This document shows positions 26,837-35,069 of a DNA stretch of 64,000 nt, in pieces; position 1 is the first letter of the stretch, and each line of letters begins with the position of its first letter. The DNA is taken from positions 16,557 through 80,556 of the forward strand of contig JAPPOH010000006.1 of NCBI GenBank assembly GCA_028818155.1, read 5' to 3'. Position numbers and translations under genes: made by a program. Source of the DNA: Candidatus Woesearchaeota archaeon (GTDB lineage: Archaea; Nanobdellota; Nanobdellia; Woesearchaeales; UBA525). The notes under the pieces are model-generated. The model saw only the letters and a program-made list of their open reading frames with translations. It was not told where the DNA came from and did no database searches.

Positions 26837-27739
26837 ATGTCCAACTTTCTCACACCTGAGAACGAAGCTGACTACCGCAAAGCAGGAAAGATCGCAGCGG
26901 AAGCACTCCAGTACGGGTTATCGTTGATTAAACCTGGGGAGTCCATGCGAGAAGTACTCGATAAGATCGAGCAGTTCATCCTTGACAAAGGAGCAGCGCC
27001 TGCGTTCCCTGCACAATCATGCGTGAATGATGTTGCCGCACATTATTGCCCGACAGAGAAAGACGATATCATTTACAAAGAGACTGATGTCGTGAAGTTA
27101 GACGTTGGCGTGCACGTGAACGGCTTCATCGGGGATAACGCACAAACACTCTCATTAGATGGCAAGCACCAAGATCTTTGTGACGCGGCTCGTGACGCTG
27201 TGGAAACTGTTGAAAAGATGCTCAAGGCAGGCATCACCCCTCATGAGATCGGGCAGACAGTACAAGATACACTCGCAAAACACGGGTTCGTACCGATCAG
27301 GAATCTCACCGGGCATGGTGTCGGGCAGTACAACGTGCACTGCAAGCCATCTATTCCGAATTATCCGAACAATGACATGACACCACTCGAAGAAAACATG
27401 GTGATCGCGATCGAGCCGTTCGCAACGAATGGTGAGGGGATGATCTTCAACAGCACGAATCCTACCGTCATGTCATTGCGGGGTGTGAAACCTGTTCGCT
27501 CCCCCCATGGACGCGCAACGCTCGAGTTACTGCAGACCTTTCAGGGCCTGCCCTTCACGACGCGATGGATCACTGGTGCGCTTGGCGGGAAAGGACTCCT
27601 TGGTCTTGCTGAGTTAAAACGGATGGGCCTCTTAGAAGAATATCCGCCATTGCCTGAGAAAGCTTCTGGGTTAGTTGCGCAGCACGAGTATACGTTTCTC
27701 ATCAAGAAGGATGGGTGTGAGCGGTTGACAAAAGTTTAA
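26837..27739 (+). CDS. map: methionine aminopeptidase, type 2 (archaeal)
   Basis: 300 aa. M24 pita-bread motifs (AFPAQSCVNDVAAHY, DVGVHVNGFIGD, TGHGVG, EPF, HEYT). Confidence 0.9.
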   Translation: MSNFLTPENEADYRKAGKIAAEALQYGLSLIKPGESMREVLDKIEQFILDKGAAPAFPAQSCVNDVAAHYCPTEKDDIIYKETDVVKLDVGVHVNGFIGDNAQTLSLDGKHQDLCDAARDAVETVEKMLKAGITPHEIGQTVQDTLAKHGFVPIRNLTGHGVGQYNVHCKPSIPNYPNNDMTPLEENMVIAIEPFATNGEGMIFNSTNPTVMSLRGVKPVRSPHGRATLELLQTFQGLPFTTRWITGALGGKGLLGLAELKRMGLLEEYPPLPEKASGLVAQHEYTFLIKKDGCERLTKV

Positions 27740-28245
27740 TCTCTGTGCATGAACAGAATTGTGTTTCCGTAATCACTTGGAACTGCGTTGAGTGCGTGCT
27801 TGTAGATATGACCTGCCGCCCATTTTGATACAACAGCGCCGCCACTCCAGATTCCTACATGGGCTAACCCTTTTAGTTCGCAGTGAGACCCATAAAGAAC
27901 TAGCCCTCTTTCTCTTGGTACATCAGATGCTCTGAATCCTAACCTTTCTAGTTGCTCAAACCAGTTTCCTGGATCTGTAATTGCTTCTTTCAGCCCCGGA
28001 ATTCCAAGGACAGTATCAACATATCGAACGCAGCTATCGCTTTTATCAGTAAGTGCAGGTAGTTTCGCCAATATTTCAACACCTTCTACATTCCCGAAAC
28101 TCGTAAAGTCATCGATCGTTCCCCCATCACCATCAGCATCAAGTTCTCTTTGTCCCTGGCACTCTAATCGCGATATTTCACACCTATGATAAGGAAATAT
28201 TCTTCTAGTGATCCCCAATATACCTAATATATCCCACTCAGACAT
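27736..28245 (-). CDS. NlpC/P60- or CHAP-like cysteine peptidase (tentative)
   Basis: 169 aa. Candidate nucleophile in DSCVRYVDTVLG and His in LAHVGIWSGG. Confidence 0.4.
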   Translation of the reverse strand: MSEWDILGILGITRRIFPYHRCEISRLECQGQRELDADGDGGTIDDFTSFGNVEGVEILAKLPALTDKSDSCVRYVDTVLGIPGLKEAITDPGNWFEQLERLGFRASDVPRERGLVLYGSHCELKGLAHVGIWSGGAVVSKWAAGHIYKHALNAVPSDYGNTILFMHRD

Positions 28246-28269
28246 AGTAAAAAGGAGTTGTTAGCCGTT

Positions 28270-29856
28270 TTAAAAATCTTTCAGGTTCACTTGCCCTTTT
28301 CTCTTTCGTAACTTCACTTGCAAGTCTTCCTTCTGCACCTTCTGGCCGACTTGCTCTTTGACAGAAACAGCGATTTTCTCTCCTAACAGCGAGCGTAACG
28401 AAGAAAATTCTGTTTTCTTGATATCGCCAATCGTTCGAATCTTGTTCGCGAACAGTTTTCTCGCTCGTACGCGGCCAACACCTTTGAGTCGTAAGAGGGG
28501 AAGGACTTCTTCCTTCACGCCGTGCATGACGCGAACACGTAATTTTTCTAGTTCTGTTATTTTCTTTTGCCAACCGAGCAATTTTGACAATTCAATCAAG
28601 GAATACAGCAGCCATTCGGCGCGTTCTTTTTTCACGTACAGGTCGCCAGGCGTTATCTTGTGCTTCTCAAAGAGAATATCCTCTCCCACTTCGTGGATCC
28701 ATGCCTCTAAAACAGTCGCTGTCTTGACAGATTGCAAGTATTCATCGTACTCGTGACTGTATTGCGAGGGTGATTTGACGAATACGCGCTCTTCTTCTTG
28801 CATGAGTTTGCTATCGACTTCTTCGAATTCTGCTTGTCTGACTGAGAGGAGTGGTCGCATCTCGAGTGTTGTTGCTAAGAGATGTAAGAGTGGGAATGGT
28901 TTGAGCGATAAGTTTCTTTTTTCTCCTAAACGAAGTGAATCGAGCATGTGGTGTGCTGTGAGCGGATCCAAATAGAGCTCTGCGACTCTGTTGCCAAGTT
29001 TTGTTGCTGACAATGCGCCAGCAACTAGCTCTCCCGCAACGACGAAGTCATCCTTGACAACGGCTGCTTCGATGAACTGCCAATCGGAGAGTAATTTCAC
29101 CATTTTATCCAGGATGGCGTGGAGTTTTTCCGTATCACCATACTGCCACGCGTAGAATGTATCGTCAAAAAACTTGTAGAGTGATTCCGTGTCATGGACG
29201 TACTCTGAGGCGATTAAGCTTAAAACATAGGTTCGGAGAACCGGTTCAACGGCGAGTTTACTGTAGATCTCTTCTGGGTCACCGTGGATGTACTTTTCTG
29301 TGATTTTTTCTTTGTTGGATTCGTTGCTTGCGATGCAGATACCTTCACCAACATCATCCTTTCCAGGTCTTCCTGCTCTGCCGATTTGTTGGTGATATTC
29401 TAGTACAGGGATATCCACCATCCCCCACGAGGTTCCTGATGAGAATCTCTTGAGGTCTCGAACAATTGCTCTGTATGCTGGTAAGTCCATCCCGATAGCC
29501 AAAGTTGGCGTCGAGCAAATGATTTTAATTGTACCAGATCTAAAGTTTAACTCAACCAACTCTCGTTGTTTACTGTGCAGACCCGCATGATGGAACGCTA
29601 TGCCTTTTGCTAAACATTTTGCAAGTCGCTTACACTGTTTTGTCGGTGAAGCAACCGCTTTCAACGCTTTCGCGGCGAGTTCTTCGAGCTCGTGGCGTTT
29701 CTCTTTAATTTTCACCGCGATTTTTTCCGCTTGTGATTCTGCACCGCGTCTTGTATTACAAAAAACGAGTGCTTGCTTTTCCTTCTGTAATGTGTCAAGC
29801 GCAATGTTGATCGTTGCGTCTTTGTACCGCTCTTTGATTTGCTCAAGACGAGGCAT
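28270..29856 (-). CDS. Hel308/Ski2-like helicase lacking the RecA1 (DEAD-box) domain
   Basis: 528 aa. Starts at the beginning of RecA2 (ALVFCNTRRGAE, HHAGL, CSTPTLAIGMDLPA, QQIGRAGRPG). Continues through the winged-helix, ratchet and C-terminal HhH domain (LKGVGRVRARKL). No Walker A or DEIH segment is present. An in-frame stop lies about 96 nt upstream of the ATG. Confidence 0.8.
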   Translation of the reverse strand: MPRLEQIKERYKDATINIALDTLQKEKQALVFCNTRRGAESQAEKIAVKIKEKRHELEELAAKALKAVASPTKQCKRLAKCLAKGIAFHHAGLHSKQRELVELNFRSGTIKIICSTPTLAIGMDLPAYRAIVRDLKRFSSGTSWGMVDIPVLEYHQQIGRAGRPGKDDVGEGICIASNESNKEKITEKYIHGDPEEIYSKLAVEPVLRTYVLSLIASEYVHDTESLYKFFDDTFYAWQYGDTEKLHAILDKMVKLLSDWQFIEAAVVKDDFVVAGELVAGALSATKLGNRVAELYLDPLTAHHMLDSLRLGEKRNLSLKPFPLLHLLATTLEMRPLLSVRQAEFEEVDSKLMQEEERVFVKSPSQYSHEYDEYLQSVKTATVLEAWIHEVGEDILFEKHKITPGDLYVKKERAEWLLYSLIELSKLLGWQKKITELEKLRVRVMHGVKEEVLPLLRLKGVGRVRARKLFANKIRTIGDIKKTEFSSLRSLLGEKIAVSVKEQVGQKVQKEDLQVKLRKRKGQVNLKDF

Positions 29857-29877
29857 ATCAGGATAGTGCAGAAGGAG

Positions 29878-29908
29878 TTTAAAAGTCTTATCCGTGCGTG
29901 ACCAGTGG
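29878..29908 (-). promoter_or_regulatory. promoter with conserved CCACTGGTCACG box plus TATA (site b), drives the Hel308 fragment
   Basis: Minus-strand read CCACTGGTCACGCACGGATAAGACTTTTAAA. The TATA is 28 nt from the ATG at 29856. Confidence 0.6.
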
Positions 29909-30169
29909 TTATTTCCTCGCTTTACGCCGTTTTTCGTGCTGCTTTATCTTCTTGTTATATCTTTCAACGTCAAGATGTTTTGCCATATAGCTGTGTTTGC
30001 TCCTCAGTTGTGTTTTATCTCTATTCCAGCGCAAGCCATCTCGGTAATTCTCCCATTCATCGTAGAATTTCTCTGGTTCAAGTGCTTCGTTAATAATTTC
30101 TTTCCATTTTCTTTTAATTGTTGAGACCGCTGTTATCCAGCCACTTCTTCGTTTGTTTTTTGGTCGCAT
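29909..30169 (-). CDS. small basic hypothetical protein
   Basis: 86 aa, K/R-rich at both ends. TATA catatataaatg about 25 nt upstream, shared bidirectionally with the vapC promoter. Confidence 0.45.
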   Translation of the reverse strand: MRPKNKRRSGWITAVSTIKRKWKEIINEALEPEKFYDEWENYRDGLRWNRDKTQLRSKHSYMAKHLDVERYNKKIKQHEKRRKARK

Positions 30170-30220
30170 ATCTCACTGCAAAAGCGCAGCATTTATATAT
30201 GTTACTGTAATAATAACAGT

Positions 30221-30643
30221 ATGAAGCAGAGATTTTACATTGATACACTCATTTGGAGAGATTATTATGAAGGAAGGTCAGATCGATTTCGACCATTGGG
30301 AGAATGGGCATTGATGTTTTTTAGAAAAGCACTACAAGAACAACACACAATACTTTTTTCTTCAATTGTTGTAGATGAATTGCAGAAGGACTACGACAAA
30401 GAAAAAATTCAAGAAATATTTAGTGTTATTGACAATACATCTCTTTTCAGAAAAGCCTCTGTGCACAAAAAACAGTTCAAAGAAGCAAGCCAGCTCAGCA
30501 AAGATCGCAAAGTGCCATTTGGAGATGCACTGCACGCCATCATTGCACGAGATAACGAGGCAATTGTTATAACAAGAGATCGTCATTTTGAAGTGTTGCA
30601 AGATATTACACAAGCAAAAAAACCAGAAGAATTACTCTACTGA
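30221..30643 (+). CDS. PIN-domain protein (VapC-like)
   Basis: 140 aa. FYIDTLIW (first acidic residue), VVDEL, GDALHAIIARDNEAIVITRDRHF. Confidence 0.65.
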   Translation: MKQRFYIDTLIWRDYYEGRSDRFRPLGEWALMFFRKALQEQHTILFSSIVVDELQKDYDKEKIQEIFSVIDNTSLFRKASVHKKQFKEASQLSKDRKVPFGDALHAIIARDNEAIVITRDRHFEVLQDITQAKKPEELLY

Positions 30644-30901
30644 GATTCCAAACTTTTTTGCATACTTCTGCGCGACTTCTTCTCGAATCTCTTCGTGTCG
30701 CTTCATCGTTATTCTCTTACCTTTCCCAGCACCGAAATACTTCTCGAGCGTTCTCAACGCATTCTCCTCTTCTAACGCGCGAAGCTTATCACGAACCGCT
30801 TCTCGCAGAAAATCTGTTCGTGTTTCAAAGTGGTGTTTTTCCAAACAGTTGTCCACTTGTTGTAGTGTTGTAGCTCCAAGTTTGACGCTCACGACATCCA
30901 T
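30632..30901 (-). CDS. ribbon-helix-helix (CopG-like) protein
   Basis: 89 aa. VSVKLGATTLQQVDNCLEKHHFETRTDFLREAVRDKL is an RHH motif. Convergent with the PIN gene, with a 12-nt overlap. Confidence 0.6.
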   Translation of the reverse strand: MDVVSVKLGATTLQQVDNCLEKHHFETRTDFLREAVRDKLRALEEENALRTLEKYFGAGKGKRITMKRHEEIREEVAQKYAKKFGISVE

Positions 30902-30989
30902 ACTACATCGTATTACAATGTAGTTTATAAATGTTTCGTTTTTACACGCTTATGGAAAAATTAATGAAGTTGCACAAGAAAACAAAAGC

Positions 30990-31262
30990 ATGAAGAAACT
31001 CAACATCCTCCACTACGCAAAACTCCACACAGCAGTGTGGGCACTCTTAGGGTTGCTCGCAGGGATTTTGTACTCATTTGGCGGCTTACTCATTGACACG
31101 CTCGTCACGCTCGGTTGGATAACGTCAGCAGAAACACCCGGACTGAGTTATGGAACACTGCTCGCGTTCCAAGCGCTTATTGGCATGCCGATTCTCTTCG
31201 CAGGCTTCGGTTTTCTTACAGGATTACTTGGCGCGTTTCTCTACAATCTTGTTGCAAGATAA
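30990..31262 (+). CDS. small membrane protein
   Basis: 90 aa with three hydrophobic helices. Confidence 0.5.
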   Translation: MKKLNILHYAKLHTAVWALLGLLAGILYSFGGLLIDTLVTLGWITSAETPGLSYGTLLAFQALIGMPILFAGFGFLTGLLGAFLYNLVAR

Positions 31263-31264
31263 TT

Positions 31265-31546
31265 TCAGTTTATGGATCTTCGTACTCGTTCTCTTGCGGC
31301 TTTGTAGCGTGCACCATATGCTGGATTCCCCCATCGTCGCATCATTCCACAGAGTGTTCGCATGCCTGCGTAACGTTCATTGTGTGTAGCAACGATGGCA
31401 TGTGCTTCTTCAGGGAACTGTGTGAAATACTCTTTGAAGAAGCGTGAATACTTTTCTGGGAACATCGCTGCTTCAACGATGTCTTGCTCGGTCGGGTGTT
31501 CATGTCGTTCGAAGATTCGTCTGTATGTTTCTTGTAGTTCGTGCAT
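31265..31546 (-). CDS. hypothetical protein
   Basis: 93 aa, directly downstream of the DUF2000 paralog. Confidence 0.4.
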   Translation of the reverse strand: MHELQETYRRIFERHEHPTEQDIVEAAMFPEKYSRFFKEYFTQFPEEAHAIVATHNERYAGMRTLCGMMRRWGNPAYGARYKAARERVRRSIN

Positions 31547-31549
31547 CGT

Positions 31550-31972
31550 TTACCTCCACAGTGAGAATTTTTTTGTGAGTGCAGAAATTTCATCCCAGTC
31601 ACCAAACATGCAGACGCCAAAGTACGTTAAGTCTTGTTCTTTTGTGCTTTTTGTGTTCTCATGTTGGTCAATGTATGTTTCTCCTATCATTGTGTCTGTG
31701 AAATCTGTGTGTGTGATGTTTCTTTCGATTGCTTCGTTGCGAAGTTTTCGCAATTGTTCGGATGTTGCGCGGAGAATAATGAAGGGAATATCTGATATTT
31801 GGGGATGTCTTCCTTCATCTGCGTCAGTGTAGTCTTGGAGTCTGAGTTGTTCTTGTGGTACTGACCGGCTCAGGCCGAGTGCCATGTGTGCGAGTGCGTT
31901 CATTGCTCGTCCTGTCTCGATTTTTTTGTTGAGGACAGCGATCGTTTTGTGTTTGAATGGTTCGAATGCCAT
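31550..31972 (-). CDS. DUF2000-like protein (paralog 2)
   Basis: 140 aa. Aligns along its length with 10150..10584. Confidence 0.6.
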   Translation of the reverse strand: MAFEPFKHKTIAVLNKKIETGRAMNALAHMALGLSRSVPQEQLRLQDYTDADEGRHPQISDIPFIILRATSEQLRKLRNEAIERNITHTDFTDTMIGETYIDQHENTKSTKEQDLTYFGVCMFGDWDEISALTKKFSLWR

Positions 31973-32020
31973 GGCAGAAGAACTCCAATACCCCTATATC
32001 AATTTATTATAGACTATAGT

Positions 32021-32656
32021 CTACTTAGAAACGAAGTCGTGTATGACTTTCTTCTCTGCTTTGCGCAAATGCGAGAGGAACACTGTCTTCGGCATGTGTA
32101 CTGCTTTCGCCATCTTTGTGACCGACATTTTTCGCGGCCATTCATAGTAGCCAAAGTGTTTCGCATAGTTGAGCACATCACGTTGCTTTTTTGTTAGTGG
32201 CGTTGCAATCGTTTCTTCTGTAAGTAACGTCATTTTTAGTGGATGATGCTGCTTCAAGTCAGTGTAGACCGCAGTGATGTTCTTCTTAACAGCAGTGCCA
32301 AGCGTCCAAATCTCATACTTCCCTTCGAATCTCGTGGGAACGACTGGGAAACACTCGTGCGCGAAAAAAATATCTGAGAATTGACTCGTGTGACGATCTT
32401 TCTTTGTCACGACACGAATATAGATCGTGTGTTCGTCCTTACTGAGCATCTCTACTTTTGTCACGTCAGTTCGTTTTTTGAGATAGTGGACAATATCGTT
32501 GAATGTGTCTGCTGCTCCTCGTGCAAGAAGAATGTGTGCAACACGTTGTTTGACCCAACGGCAATCAACTGATGAGAACTCGTGTTCTGGAAATTGTATG
32601 CTTATAGCAGAGCCCCAACATGTTTTGTGGTAGATGTGAAACTGTGCTTTGAACAT
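32021..32656 (-). CDS. HTH_10 (bacterio-opsin activator-type) transcriptional regulator
   Basis: 211 aa. C-terminal LTKKQRDVLNYAKHFGYYEWPRKMSVTKMAKAVHMPKTVFLSHLRKAEKKV. Confidence 0.7.
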   Translation of the reverse strand: MFKAQFHIYHKTCWGSAISIQFPEHEFSSVDCRWVKQRVAHILLARGAADTFNDIVHYLKKRTDVTKVEMLSKDEHTIYIRVVTKKDRHTSQFSDIFFAHECFPVVPTRFEGKYEIWTLGTAVKKNITAVYTDLKQHHPLKMTLLTEETIATPLTKKQRDVLNYAKHFGYYEWPRKMSVTKMAKAVHMPKTVFLSHLRKAEKKVIHDFVSK

Positions 32657-32694
32657 GTGGTGTTCTTATTCCTGTAATTTAAAAGTTTTTAGAA

Positions 32695-33129
32695 CTAGCA
32701 CCCACACCCAGGATGACCGCCTTTCTTCATCTGCTCGTAGCCGTGTTTGATGAGTTTTTCAAGGATCTTCAGATCAACATCAGCAAGTTTGTTAATGTAC
32801 AGGCAGGAAACGCTCGTTTTGTGTTTTCCTAATTTTTTCAAGAGTGCTTGCTTATCTTTGAAGCCCGGCATGATGTACAGGGAGAGGTTTTGCTTTCTCG
32901 GCGAGAAGCCCGTGAGTGGCCAATCGCCTTCTTGGCTGCTTCGCTCTGACTTGTAATGGTACTTCCCGAAGCCAACGATGGACTCACCCCAGAGCACAGC
33001 TTTTTCTTTTGTGATTTTCTCGAAGAGTTTTAATAATACTAATCCGTCTTCTCTTCGTGTTTTGTGTTCAACAGCTTCTATGAATTTCTTGACGTTTTTC
33101 TTCGTTGCTTTCGTTTTGATTTCGGCCAT
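32695..33129 (-). CDS. DUF1801 (YdhG-like) domain protein
   Basis: 144 aa. VKKFIEAVEHKTRREDGLVLLKLFEKIT...WGESIVGFGKYHYK pattern. Confidence 0.6.
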   Translation of the reverse strand: MAEIKTKATKKNVKKFIEAVEHKTRREDGLVLLKLFEKITKEKAVLWGESIVGFGKYHYKSERSSQEGDWPLTGFSPRKQNLSLYIMPGFKDKQALLKKLGKHKTSVSCLYINKLADVDLKILEKLIKHGYEQMKKGGHPGCGC

Positions 33130-33161
33130 AGTGTCTCAAAAACAAGGACATTTAAAAGTAT

Positions 33162-33908
33162 TTACACTTTCCGCATCAAGAATGTTATGTATCCTTTCTT
33201 CGCAGTACCAAAAGAACGCTGTCCCGCTTCGATTGTATCGGACCAAACTCCTTTGTTTTCTGTGAAAGCAGTCTCCTGCAACCGCATGTGCGTCATTTCT
33301 GCCATTCGGGTGGCACCGGCCGTTATGTTTGCATGATTATAGGGGAATGAACCGTCTATTCCATAGTCCGCGATAATTATCGTTCCGTTTTTTGCAGTCA
33401 GTCTCGCGAGAGCATGCTTGTATCTGAGCTCAATACGTGTATCAAGATCAGGAGGTGTGCCCGCAACTGCTTGAAATGCGTCTCCGAGCTTCCAATCCAC
33501 AGGATGGGGTACGAGCTTCTTTCCGAAATCAGGAAATGTAAACACCGTCATATCTGCGAGTCCAGCAGGCAAGTGTGAGCGAAGCAGGTCGTCAGTTACA
33601 AGAACAACACCCGATGCATCTCTCTCTATACATTGTGGGTCTGTCTCGATTCGCACAGGTATCCCTGCTTTTGCCAGATTAGCATGTGCTTGATCTAGCA
33701 TTTCAGAAGACGCGTCTTGTCCGATAAGAAGTTGATAGCTTCCTCTTCTGTACGCTCGCTTCAATATCTCTCCGAAGCCACATGCTGCTTCAAGAAATAC
33801 TCCTCGTGCTTTTTTCGGTACGTTCCGAGCCACCTCGCCATATGCTTTCTGATATTCGGATGAAAATGCACGGCTTTTCCAGTAGTGTGTTTTTACTTCC
33901 GTATACAT
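33162..33908 (-). CDS. class I SAM-dependent methyltransferase
   Basis: 248 aa. Motif I is VFLEAACGFGEIL. Confidence 0.6.
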   Translation of the reverse strand: MYTEVKTHYWKSRAFSSEYQKAYGEVARNVPKKARGVFLEAACGFGEILKRAYRRGSYQLLIGQDASSEMLDQAHANLAKAGIPVRIETDPQCIERDASGVVLVTDDLLRSHLPAGLADMTVFTFPDFGKKLVPHPVDWKLGDAFQAVAGTPPDLDTRIELRYKHALARLTAKNGTIIIADYGIDGSFPYNHANITAGATRMAEMTHMRLQETAFTENKGVWSDTIEAGQRSFGTAKKGYITFLMRKV

Positions 33909-33957
33909 ACGTAGAGAAACCCGCCCATATTTTTAAATCACTCTTTTTTAGTAGTTA

Positions 33958-35016
33958 TTAGAACGCCAACAACGTTCTTTGTCCTTCTAACCTTTCTAAG
34001 CCAGCAACCCTCACACCTACAAGCCGGATCTTTTTCCCATGGAATTCATTCGATAAGATGCGAGCCCATCGTCGCACAGTCGCAAGATCATTCCTCCTCC
34101 CAACAGTGGTCGCACGCGTAAACGTCGAAAAGTCAGCTAACCGCACCTTCACAGAGACCGTCTTGTAATAATAGGATTCCTTATGTAGCTTTTCTGTGAC
34201 TCTTTCAGCCAATTCCGCAATCTTTTCATGAATCAACGACCAGTCATCCGTGTCATGGAAGAACGTCCGCTCTTTACTAATGGACTTCCGCCCTTCTCGA
34301 GGAGCCACGACATCATTCCCCACGCCATGCGCCTTCAAGTGCAAGTATGCACCATACACTCCAAAGCGGCTCGTTAACAACTCACGATTAAACAACGCCA
34401 AGTCACCAATAGTAGAAATTCCTAGTTTCTGCAATTTTTGCTCCATCTTAGGACCGACGCCGTACAACTCACGGATCTTTTTCGGTGCGAGGAACTCCTG
34501 CATCTTATCCGGGATAATAGTCAGCCCATCCGGCTTCTCATGCTCAGAACCCATCTTCGCGATTAATTTGTTCACACTCACGCCAATCGAGCATGTAATT
34601 CCTTCTTTCTCGAGAATTTCATTTTTGATTTTCTGCGCTAACAATTTCGCTTCCTCAAAATCCCGCACCTGCTCTGTAATGTCGAGAAAGGCTTCATCCA
34701 CACTCGTCTGCTGAAACACGTCAGAGTATGAGCGTAAAATCTCCATCACGTTCTGGGACACCTGTCTATAAGAGGCAAAGTTATGATGTACATAGATCCC
34801 ATCAGGACATAACTTGTATGCTTTGCTGATGGGCATGGCTGAATGAATGCCAAAGGCGCGCGCTTCCATAGAGCACGTACTGACAACTCCACGGCCTTTC
34901 CCTTCACGAGGGTCGGCGCCGATAATGACTGGCTTGCCCTTCCATTCAGGGTGCTCTCGCACTTCGACAGCGGCGAAGAAGCAGTCCATGTCCACATGGA
35001 GGATGATTTTGGACAT
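33958..35016 (-). CDS. dinB: DNA polymerase IV (Y-family, Dpo4/DinB)
   Basis: ORF 33958..35103. The ATG at 35016 (MSKIILHVDMDCFFAAVE) is the canonical DinB N-terminus and sits 30 nt after the TATA. SVDEAFLD and little-finger region present. Confidence 0.92.
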   Translation of the reverse strand: MSKIILHVDMDCFFAAVEVREHPEWKGKPVIIGADPREGKGRGVVSTCSMEARAFGIHSAMPISKAYKLCPDGIYVHHNFASYRQVSQNVMEILRSYSDVFQQTSVDEAFLDITEQVRDFEEAKLLAQKIKNEILEKEGITCSIGVSVNKLIAKMGSEHEKPDGLTIIPDKMQEFLAPKKIRELYGVGPKMEQKLQKLGISTIGDLALFNRELLTSRFGVYGAYLHLKAHGVGNDVVAPREGRKSISKERTFFHDTDDWSLIHEKIAELAERVTEKLHKESYYYKTVSVKVRLADFSTFTRATTVGRRNDLATVRRWARILSNEFHGKKIRLVGVRVAGLERLEGQRTLLAF

Positions 35017-35030
35017 ATGTCCAAAAGAGA

Positions 35031-35069
35031 ACTGGTCACTTAAATACGCTACGCGTGCGTGACCAGTGC
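35031..35069 (-). promoter_or_regulatory. dinB promoter with conserved box (site c), TATA and an inverted second half-site
   Basis: Minus-strand read GCACTGGTCACGCACGCGTAGCGTATTTAAGTGACCAGT. The arms ACTGGTCAC and GTGACCAGT bracket the TATA. Confidence 0.65.
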
